DNA from: a virus
Taxonomy: Duplodnaviria > Heunggongvirae > Uroviricota > Caudoviricetes
Virus record (IMG/VR): IMGVR_UViG_3300044825_003843
Location: 64,001-108,092 of that record
Direction: 5' to 3' (one strand)
DNA: 44,092 bases
The notes below the pieces were generated by a model. That model saw only the letters and a list, made by a program, of their open reading frames with translations, was not told the origin of the DNA and searched no databases. A program made the translations under genes and the position numbers. Within the stretch, counting starts at the first letter, position 1; every line of letters begins with the position of its first letter. Positions 30,749-38,669 of the stretch are shown here, piece by piece.

Positions 30749-31339
30749 CTAATTTTGATTTTCAATTATACCAATACCTCCCCAATGATTATTACTCATA
30801 AACCAATATTTGTTGACATCCATATCATTCCAAAAATTACTAACAAAACAAGCTGCCTTTGCGTGGAACTCAGATTCTTTTATATCATGAAATCCAATCA
30901 ACCCACCATTTTTAACAAACTCCTTATACATGAAATAATCTAATTTTACCCCGTTTTCTGAATGGTCTCCATCAATAAATAAAAAATCTAACTTTTTATC
31001 TCCGAGTATATTTTTTATTTGACGATGAGTTTTTAATGAATGAGAATCCCCGTTTATTATATAAACCTCGTCCCCCATTTCTTTAAGTCTTAAGTCTCTT
31101 TTATCCACATCAAAATTTGTTGTTCCCCATGGACCATGAGCCCAGTCCAAAGAAATTTTAATCCCTTCTGTCCCAGTAATTCTACTCCAACAAATAAAAG
31201 TACCCCCTTCATTTGTCCCAATCTCCATAAAATTTTTTATTTTTTTAGTTTTCAAAAAATCTAAACAACTCAAAATTTCATATCTGTTTTGAGCCATCCC
31301 CAATTGGTAAGCCTCTTCTATAATATATAAATTATCCAT
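30749..31339 (-). CDS. Class I SAM-dependent methyltransferase (Methyltransf_24-like, 196 aa)
   Basis: FMEIGTNEGGT, ISLD, INGDS, DFLFIDGDHS..GVK.D, GGLIGFHDI, WGGIG. Confidence 0.88.
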   Translation of the reverse strand: MDNLYIIEEAYQLGMAQNRYEILSCLDFLKTKKIKNFMEIGTNEGGTFICWSRITGTEGIKISLDWAHGPWGTTNFDVDKRDLRLKEMGDEVYIINGDSHSLKTHRQIKNILGDKKLDFLFIDGDHSENGVKLDYFMYKEFVKNGGLIGFHDIKESEFHAKAACFVSNFWNDMDVNKYWFMSNNHWGGIGIIENQN

Positions 31340-31359
31340 ATGTTTTCTTTATAAAAAAA

Positions 31360-32322
31360 TTATTCGGAGTTTTTGAATTTTATAAAATTTTTACGAGTAA
31401 AGTTTTCATACCCTATCTCATTGAAATCCCAATAGTGAGAAATTTCGTTGTTAATTATTAACGTTAAATTATCTATTTTATCATATGATTCTAATTCTCT
31501 GAAAATCCAAATTTTTGGTTTAATTTCTATACTTATTAAACTTTTTTTATTTATGATTAAGCTTACTTCGAATGTTTTGTCTGAATCACTATTCCAACCG
31601 AAAAAAAACATTTTCTTACTTGATTCGTGATATATTGGTACCATCCAACGATTCAATGCAATTTCATCATGTAACCCAACAAGAATATTGTGTTTTTTCA
31701 ATTGCTCTTTATCTTTACATAATACAGGTTGCGATTTATCAATTAAACTTTTTTCATATTCTTCGGAAAGTTTAGAAGTATTTCCATTAAAAAAATCTAA
31801 TATTTTTTTATCTGATAGTTCAAACCACTCGTTTGAAATTTTATTCAAATTAAAAGAAATCGGTGCCGAGGGTAAGGGGAATAATTGTGTAATATAATAT
31901 ATTATATTGTAACTTTCCAGTAAATTGGAGTTTTCTTGTAATTCAAGAAGATTGTTAATTCTAGAATCATATTCAAAAAAATGAACCTTTTCATAACCTA
32001 AACTTTTAGCATAAGATAACCCATGTAATAATAGTTTTATCATGGCAAATGCATGATTCCCTTTGAACGTTTCGGTGCTAGATATCATGAAACCCTCGTC
32101 TTTAAAAACCATTACACTTTTTTGATTTATGTCTGTTAGAATTTTATTTTCGGAATCACAAATAACAAAGTTTGATTTTTCAAAAATATCTTTTGGAATG
32201 AAAATATGTGTGGATATCATTATATCATACTCCTTATCAATCACATCATTCACTAACTCTCTTAACATCTGTTCTTTTTTGCTATTTGATGCATGAGAAG
32301 TTATTAAAATTAATTCTCTCAT
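31360..32322 (-). CDS. Hypothetical protein, possibly glycan-processing; paralogue of 29817-30743 (320 aa)
   Basis: MRELILITSH....KKEQML, IMISTH, AKSLGYEKVHFFEYDSRI. Confidence 0.7.
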   Translation of the reverse strand: MRELILITSHASNSKKEQMLRELVNDVIDKEYDIMISTHIFIPKDIFEKSNFVICDSENKILTDINQKSVMVFKDEGFMISSTETFKGNHAFAMIKLLLHGLSYAKSLGYEKVHFFEYDSRINNLLELQENSNLLESYNIIYYITQLFPLPSAPISFNLNKISNEWFELSDKKILDFFNGNTSKLSEEYEKSLIDKSQPVLCKDKEQLKKHNILVGLHDEIALNRWMVPIYHESSKKMFFFGWNSDSDKTFEVSLIINKKSLISIEIKPKIWIFRELESYDKIDNLTLIINNEISHYWDFNEIGYENFTRKNFIKFKNSE

Positions 32323-32426
32323 TGATTTTTATGTATTTAAAATTCTTCCGTAATTCTGTGTACCCTTTGTACCATAATGTTTAAATTATAAATCATTAAC
32401 ATTATATTTTCAATAAAAGATTTCAA

Positions 32427-34721
32427 ATGTTTATCCCTAAAATATACGCTCACGGTTCTTATATAGGAAATACTGGATATAATCATCATACAAGGGATTT
32501 TTTCAGAAAATTAAGTTTACATTGTAATATCAAGGTAAGAAACTTTACTGTGGGTTCTACATGGGATGGTTATAATTTATACCCCCACGATAACGAACCA
32601 TACATAAATGATGTAGACAAATCCATCTTATACCAACAAATACTTTGGTCAAAAGACAAAACTAGAGAAAATTTTTCTATATACCCGTCAATAGATAAAG
32701 AATTCTCACACGATGTTAATTTAGTTTTATGTGAAACAAATCATTACATATTCTACGATGATTATGTGGGACCAAAAATTGCATATAACGTTTGGGAGAC
32801 AACTTTACAACCTGAACAATTCTTCAATAGATTAAAAGAGTTTGATGAACTTTGGGTTCCTTCAAAATGGCAAAGAGATTGTACAATAGCACAAGGTTAT
32901 GACCCCAATAAAATAAAAGTAGTTCCTGAAGGAGTTGATGACAAAGTTTTCTTCCCAAACCCACAAGTTAAAAACCAGCTTACGTCAGATGGTAGGTTTA
33001 AGTTTTTCTTAGCAGGAAGGTGGGACTATAGAAAATCAATAAAAGAAATTATAGAAACATTTATCAATACGTTCGATAAGGATGAACCTGTAGATTTATT
33101 AGTTTCAGTAGACAATCCGTTTTCGAATGATGGAATGAAAACCACAGAAGAAAGATTAAAATTCTACGGGTTGGAGGATGATAGAATCAAAGTTTTACAT
33201 TTCCCTTCGAGAACAGATTACGTAGACATATTGAAAAGTTGTCATTGTTTTGTTTCTTGTGCAAGGTCTGAGGGTTGGAATCTTCCTTTAATTGAATCTA
33301 TGGCTTGCGGTACGCCTTCAATTTATTCGAATTGTTCAGGTCAGTTAGAATTTGCTGAAGGAAAAGGTATACCTGTCAATATTTTAGGTGAACAACCAGC
33401 ATCTAATGGAACTTACAATCACTTCAATGAAATGGTTGGAAACTACTACGAACCTGACTTCATAGACCTATCTTTCAAAATGAGAATGGTTTATAAAAAC
33501 CACAGTGAGTATAAACAAAAAGCAATCAAAGAATCTGAAACCATTCGTGAGAATTTCAATTGGGATAAAATTGGAAAGTTGGGTTATGAAACTATCAAAG
33601 AATTTGTGTCAAAATCAAAATACAAACCAAAGAAAAAAATGGAAACAAATAAAATTCAAATAAATTATATAGATGGTCCAAAAGTTGAAATTCTGGGACC
33701 TAACGAAAATTTGTATAAGGTAGAGTTTATTAATAAAACCACAGGAGAAGTTTTACACTCTGAAACAATTAAAAATAACATGTGGGTTGCTTGCGGTAAA
33801 AAATATTTCATACCTTGGGTCATAAAAATAAATGATGTAGTTTATGATGAATTCAATTTGGAAAATAAAAGAGTTTTGATATCGATAGAATCCAAATCAA
33901 TCGGTGACACTTTATCTTGGGTTCCATATGCTGTTGAGTTTCAGAAGAAATATAAGTGTCACGTTATCTTATCTTCTTTCCATAACCAATGGTTTAAAAA
34001 TACAGAACCTTATAAAGACATAGAATTTATTGAACCGGGTCAATCCACGCCTTGCTTTGTTGTGTATAGAATTGGGTGGTTCAAAAATAATGAAGGTAAA
34101 TTTAAAAACACAAATTTAAATCCAACTCAAGTTAATACAATACCTCTACAAAAAACTGCTACTGATATTTTAGGATTGGATTACATCGAAGTTAACCATG
34201 GTATCAAATTCAAACCAAAAAAGAAACCAATAGATAGTAAATACATAGTCATTGGTCCCATATCAACCGCAGGTTTGAAAGAATGGCCCTATGAAAATTG
34301 GTCAGAATTATCAAAATTATTAAATAACGAAGGTTATATAGTTGTCTCACTAACAAAAGACAAATTCAATTTACCTAATGTTGCAAATTATGTTACAAGT
34401 GATTGGGATGAAATTTTCAATTTTTTACATCATTCAGAATTTTTTATAGGTTTGAGTTCAGGTTTATCTTGGGTCAATTGGGCATTAGGTAAACATACAG
34501 TAATGATATCAGGTTTTAGTTCTGATGACCATGAATTCCAAAATAATGTTACGAGAATATCAAATCAGGTGTGTATTAAGTGTTGGAATGACCCCGTATT
34601 TACATTTGATGGAGGTGATTGGAATTGGTGTCCGGTATATAAAGGGACAGAAAGACAACACATATGTCAAAAATCAATAACAGTAAGTCAAGTATTTAAT
34701 AAAATTAAAAACCTTTTATAA
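32427..34721 (+). CDS. Fusion of a GT4-family glycosyltransferase with a TibC/Aah-like autotransporter-type O-heptosyltransferase (764 aa)
   Basis: N-half: VWET, FDELWVPSKW, VVPEGVD, GRWDYRK, EGWNLPLIESMACGTP. C-half: SIGDTLSWVPY..EF.KK..C, FFIGLSSGLSW..WALG...VMISGFS...EF, and C-x2-C-W-N-D...W-C-P...C iron-finger. Confidence 0.85.
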   Translation: MFIPKIYAHGSYIGNTGYNHHTRDFFRKLSLHCNIKVRNFTVGSTWDGYNLYPHDNEPYINDVDKSILYQQILWSKDKTRENFSIYPSIDKEFSHDVNLVLCETNHYIFYDDYVGPKIAYNVWETTLQPEQFFNRLKEFDELWVPSKWQRDCTIAQGYDPNKIKVVPEGVDDKVFFPNPQVKNQLTSDGRFKFFLAGRWDYRKSIKEIIETFINTFDKDEPVDLLVSVDNPFSNDGMKTTEERLKFYGLEDDRIKVLHFPSRTDYVDILKSCHCFVSCARSEGWNLPLIESMACGTPSIYSNCSGQLEFAEGKGIPVNILGEQPASNGTYNHFNEMVGNYYEPDFIDLSFKMRMVYKNHSEYKQKAIKESETIRENFNWDKIGKLGYETIKEFVSKSKYKPKKKMETNKIQINYIDGPKVEILGPNENLYKVEFINKTTGEVLHSETIKNNMWVACGKKYFIPWVIKINDVVYDEFNLENKRVLISIESKSIGDTLSWVPYAVEFQKKYKCHVILSSFHNQWFKNTEPYKDIEFIEPGQSTPCFVVYRIGWFKNNEGKFKNTNLNPTQVNTIPLQKTATDILGLDYIEVNHGIKFKPKKKPIDSKYIVIGPISTAGLKEWPYENWSELSKLLNNEGYIVVSLTKDKFNLPNVANYVTSDWDEIFNFLHHSEFFIGLSSGLSWVNWALGKHTVMISGFSSDDHEFQNNVTRISNQVCIKCWNDPVFTFDGGDWNWCPVYKGTERQHICQKSITVSQVFNKIKNLL

Positions 34722-35089
34722 TGGAAATACAAGTTGGACTTGGAGAAATTATTGATAAATTATCAATATTAATGATTAAAAAAGAAAACGTCGTTGACCC
34801 TATTAAATTGAATAATATAAATAAAGAATTAGAATACCTAAACCGAATTGTTGAAAGTCTACAAATTGATGCTGAGGATATTTTTTTATTGAAAGAAATT
34901 AATAAAAAATTGTGGCAAATTGAAGATGATATCCGTAACAAAGAAAGAAATAAGGTATTTGACGATGAATTTATATATCTCGCAAGACAGGTGTATATCA
35001 CTAACGATTTAAGAGCTGATGTGAAAAGGAAAATAAATGAAAAATATTCCTCAGACTTTATTGAGGAAAAATCGTATTCTGAATATTAA
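34721..35089 (+). CDS. DUF6165-like protein (122 aa)
   Basis: [39 protein letters not shown]; TAATG-coupled to the glycosyltransferase. Confidence 0.8.
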   Translation: MEIQVGLGEIIDKLSILMIKKENVVDPIKLNNINKELEYLNRIVESLQIDAEDIFLLKEINKKLWQIEDDIRNKERNKVFDDEFIYLARQVYITNDLRADVKRKINEKYSSDFIEEKSYSEY

Positions 35090-37332
35090 TCAGTTGGATA
35101 TTTGTCAACATATTCAATATCGAACCTTTCGATATCTTTTCTTTCTGCTAAAATTATAAAATAAGTATTTATAACTCCAGTTTCTGATTCGATTAAGATT
35201 TTATTATCTAAAATACTTCTTACATAGTGTACTGTAGGAGTCCCTTTGGGCGTCAATTGAACTGTCATTGAGTCTTCATATACCAAATTAACCCAATAAT
35301 CTGGTAGATATATTAAATTTTCAGTAGTATACCCTCTTAGATAAACGCCATGTTCAGGCCCTTCGAGCACACCATATCTGAGTCTGAACCCTTTTTTTGT
35401 TGGGTGTATTATATCGAAGGATTTTGTTGTTGCAACTATATCTCCAACCACAGTTAATACTGTTCCATCGAATGTCATGTTTGGTTCCCCGTTCAAAGTA
35501 CCAGGTGTATTACTACCCGTAATTACTCTATTATCAGCGTTGTTATTTATAGTCGCAGTTCCAGGAGCACCTTGAGCACCTTGAGGTCCTTGTGGACCAA
35601 CTGCTCCTTGCGCACCTTGACCTCCTTGAGCACCCTGAGGACCTTTAGCACCTGTAGGTCCAATAGCTCCTTGAGCTCCTTGTCCTCCTTGAGCACCTGT
35701 AGGTCCAATAGCTCCTTGAGCTCCTTGTCCTCCTTGAGCACCTGTAGGTCCAATTGCACCTTGAGCACCTTGAGGTCCTTGTGGACCAACTGCTCCTTGA
35801 GCACCTTGTCCTCCTTGAGCACCCTGGGGACCTTTAGCACCTGTAGGTCCAATAGCTCCTTGAGCTCCTTGTCCTCCTTGAGCACCTGTAGGTCCAATAG
35901 CTCCTTGAGCACCTTGTCCTCCTTGAGCACCTGTAGGTCCAATAGCTCCTTGAGCTCCTTGTCCTCCTTGAGCACCTGTAGGTCCAATTGCGCCTTGAGC
36001 ACCTTGAGGTCCTTGTGGACCAACTGCTCCTTGAGCACCCTGAGGACCTTTAGCACCTGTAGGTCCAATAGCACCTTGAGCACCTTGAGGTCCTTGTGGA
36101 CCAACTGCTCCTTGAGCACCTTGTCCTCCTTGAGCACCTGTAGGTCCAATTGCGCCTTGAGCACCTTGAGGTCCTTGTGGACCAACTGCTCCTTGAGCAC
36201 CTTGACCTCCTTGAGCACCTGTAGGTCCAATAGCACCTTGAGCACCTTGAGGTCCTTGTGGACCAACTGCTCCTTGAGCACCTTGTCCTCCTTGAGCACC
36301 TGTAGGTCCAATAGCACCTTGAGCACCTTGAGGTCCTTGTGGACCAACTGCTCCTTGAGCACCTTGACCTCCTTGAGCACCTGTAGGTCCAATAGCACCT
36401 TGAGCACCTTGAGGTCCTTGTGGACCAACTGCTCCTTGAGCACCTTGACCTCCTTGAGCACCTGTAGGTCCAATAGCACCTTGAGCACCTTGAGGTCCTT
36501 GTGGACCAACTGCTCCTTGCGCACCTTGAGGTCCTTGTGGACCAACTGCTCCTTGCGCACCTTGACCTCCTTGAGCACCCTGAGGACCTTTAGCACCTGT
36601 AGGTCCAATAGCTCCTTGAGCACCTTGTCCTCCTTGAGCACCTGTAGGTCCAATAGCACCTTGAGCACCTTGTCCTCCTTGAGCACCTGTAGGTCCGATA
36701 GCACCTTGAGCACCTTGTCCTCCTTGAGCACCTTGAGGTCCTTGTGGACCAACTGCTCCTTGTGCTCCCTGTCCGCCCTGAGGGCCAGCTGCTCCTTGAG
36801 CTCCCTGAGGACCTTTAGCACCTGTAGGTCCGATAGCACCTTGAGCACCTTGTCCTCCTTGAGCACCTTGAGGTCCTTGCGGACCAACTGCTCCTTGTGC
36901 TCCCTGAGGACCTTTAGACCCTGTAGGTCCGATAGCACCCTGAGCACCTTGAGCCCCTCCACCTCCCGTTCCTGTAATTTGACTGAAGTTGAGGTCAGAA
37001 ACATCTATAGTTAATGGGTCATTTGAAACTAAAACAAAAGCCTTTTCAGCATTTGTTGTACCTGAGTTTATAAACACTTGAACACCGTCGAATATGTCTT
37101 CACTCAAAGACATGTCAATAGCCCTACTCCACGCACCACTTGCAACAATATAAATTCCGTTTGTTGATGCCGTGGATTGGTTTTTCACTAAAACTCTCTC
37201 ACCTACAGAAAGGGCAACACCATCAATTGTTTGTGTGCCATTCAACGTAATGTTTGTTGTAGTGGCAACCCTACAAGGAAGCTTATAACTGCTTCCTTTA
37301 ATTTGAGAGTATGTACCTATCCTTGTAATCAT
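35086..37332 (-). CDS. Collagen-like tail fibre protein (748 aa) with N-terminal fibre domain and C-terminal chaperone-like domain
   Basis: N-terminal CRVATT.NITL.G.QTIDGV.L..G.RVLVKNQ.....NGIY....GAW.RA.D; 156 Gly-X-Y triplets; C-terminal TKSF.I.HP.K....LRYG.LEGPE.GVY.RG...LPDYW..LV.....TVQLTP. Confidence 0.85.
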   Translation of the reverse strand: MITRIGTYSQIKGSSYKLPCRVATTTNITLNGTQTIDGVALSVGERVLVKNQSTASTNGIYIVASGAWSRAIDMSLSEDIFDGVQVFINSGTTNAEKAFVLVSNDPLTIDVSDLNFSQITGTGGGGAQGAQGAIGPTGSKGPQGAQGAVGPQGPQGAQGGQGAQGAIGPTGAKGPQGAQGAAGPQGGQGAQGAVGPQGPQGAQGGQGAQGAIGPTGAQGGQGAQGAIGPTGAQGGQGAQGAIGPTGAKGPQGAQGGQGAQGAVGPQGPQGAQGAVGPQGPQGAQGAIGPTGAQGGQGAQGAVGPQGPQGAQGAIGPTGAQGGQGAQGAVGPQGPQGAQGAIGPTGAQGGQGAQGAVGPQGPQGAQGAIGPTGAQGGQGAQGAVGPQGPQGAQGAIGPTGAQGGQGAQGAVGPQGPQGAQGAIGPTGAKGPQGAQGAVGPQGPQGAQGAIGPTGAQGGQGAQGAIGPTGAQGGQGAQGAIGPTGAQGGQGAQGAIGPTGAKGPQGAQGGQGAQGAVGPQGPQGAQGAIGPTGAQGGQGAQGAIGPTGAQGGQGAQGAIGPTGAKGPQGAQGGQGAQGAVGPQGPQGAQGAPGTATINNNADNRVITGSNTPGTLNGEPNMTFDGTVLTVVGDIVATTKSFDIIHPTKKGFRLRYGVLEGPEHGVYLRGYTTENLIYLPDYWVNLVYEDSMTVQLTPKGTPTVHYVRSILDNKILIESETGVINTYFIILAERKDIERFDIEYVDKYPTD
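35554..36957 (-). repeat. Collagen Gly-X-Y tract (GAQ/GGQ/GPQ/GPT/GAI), about 156 triplets
   Basis: Seen directly in DNA and translation. Confidence 0.95.
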
Positions 37333-37337
37333 CTAAA

Positions 37338-37344
37338 ATAAATA
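37338..37344 (-). promoter_or_regulatory. TATTTAT motif, putative phage late promoter
   Basis: ATATTTAT on the coding strand, 5 nt before the ATG at 37332. Confidence 0.5.
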
Positions 37345-37370
37345 TTAAACCAATTCTTTATTCATTATTT

Positions 37371-38666
37371 TTATATTATAAACGGGTGTCCAATGCTTTG
37401 GTTTCTCCGGTACATTGTATCGCCGAAAGCCAAATATCCATGAAACTCAGATGCAACACCACCAGCAGTATCAACAATAATTTGAAATGAATTCAAATTG
37501 AACGCATTTATATCATAAGTAGCTTGAACTGCACCAGCTCCTGTTGGAAATGATAGAACAGAATCATATTGTACAATCGTACCAATTTGTGTTGGGTCTT
37601 GGTTATTGTTATCCAAAATTCCTGCTGAGTTTCTTGATGTGGTTGAGCGTCCACTACCGAAACCAATTCTGTCTTGCGTTGTTGCCGTACCCGCAGTATC
37701 TTGTGCTGTCATTCTACCGATGAGAGATAGGCCTCTCAAGAAAAAAGGTAATTCAGAAACTGTGGTAGTTGAGTTTAATGTGTTTCCTGCAATTGTATAT
37801 GAAGACGCTTGCCAACTTCCTCCCTTTATTGCCAAAAAAATATTTCTTCTATTTGTGGTTGCCCTTGCAGTCCAGTTAAGTGTAAATTGGTTAGTTCCCC
37901 ATGCTGAAAGTGTAGCTCTTGCATTCACTGCCGTTCCACCAGCTATAACAATTTGAGCCAAGCAATCTCCTTGAAAACAATACCCGTCCGTATCACTTGT
38001 GCCAGAGTTATCATCTGAGTTTCCGACTATAACAACATTATTGGTTGATAATGTTGAGCTTGCAAAACCCACACATAAACCAGAATCTGTTCCTTGACCT
38101 GTATTCAGAGCATTTGTTGATTGTACTCCGGCAAACATTACAACTTGGTTTAGTCCGTCGTCAGTAAAACCGTTTACGGTGTAGTTTGCATTTCCTGTGG
38201 CCGCTGGCTCTGCTATATCCCCGACGACCGCAACTGTAATATCTTGTCCTCCCCAAGCTTCATAAAATACTGTAATATTTACTGGCGTTACATCATCTAC
38301 AATTAATGTAAACCCGTCAGCATCAAAACTACTAATATCTAACCTTCCGTCAACGGTACCCGTACCATCAACAGTAATACACACAGAATTGTCCGCCGCA
38401 ACTGAACCACAATCAGAAGCATTACCATTATTGTCATCCGAAAAAGTACCAACACATCTTCTATCCGCAGCACTTACCGCAAATCCAACGCCCCTTCTTT
38501 CGTCTACCGCACCTGAAACTGCGTTTGTTGGTGAGTTGGATTGTAAACCAACCCAGTAAAATCGTAATGCCCGTGGTTGAAATCCCAACCCTGTTACAAC
38601 TTTGGTCGCATTTAGTGCGTCCGTTGTCAACCATTGAACTGAACCGTGTGCAAAATTTAATGGCAT
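37371..38666 (-). CDS. Putative virion structural beta-protein (431 aa)
   Basis: TGLGFQPRAL motif seen in phage tail-associated proteins; Ala/Gly/Thr/Asp-rich; lies between two collagen fibre genes. Confidence 0.7.
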   Translation of the reverse strand: MPLNFAHGSVQWLTTDALNATKVVTGLGFQPRALRFYWVGLQSNSPTNAVSGAVDERRGVGFAVSAADRRCVGTFSDDNNGNASDCGSVAADNSVCITVDGTGTVDGRLDISSFDADGFTLIVDDVTPVNITVFYEAWGGQDITVAVVGDIAEPAATGNANYTVNGFTDDGLNQVVMFAGVQSTNALNTGQGTDSGLCVGFASSTLSTNNVVIVGNSDDNSGTSDTDGYCFQGDCLAQIVIAGGTAVNARATLSAWGTNQFTLNWTARATTNRRNIFLAIKGGSWQASSYTIAGNTLNSTTTVSELPFFLRGLSLIGRMTAQDTAGTATTQDRIGFGSGRSTTSRNSAGILDNNNQDPTQIGTIVQYDSVLSFPTGAGAVQATYDINAFNLNSFQIIVDTAGGVASEFHGYLAFGDTMYRRNQSIGHPFII

Positions 38667-38669
38667 ATT

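Noticed and set aside
32380-32410. TTTA-N19-TATATTTT as a Bacteroidota promoter for the GT gene
   Set aside because: Mismatches in both boxes within very AT-rich DNA; not distinguishable from background.
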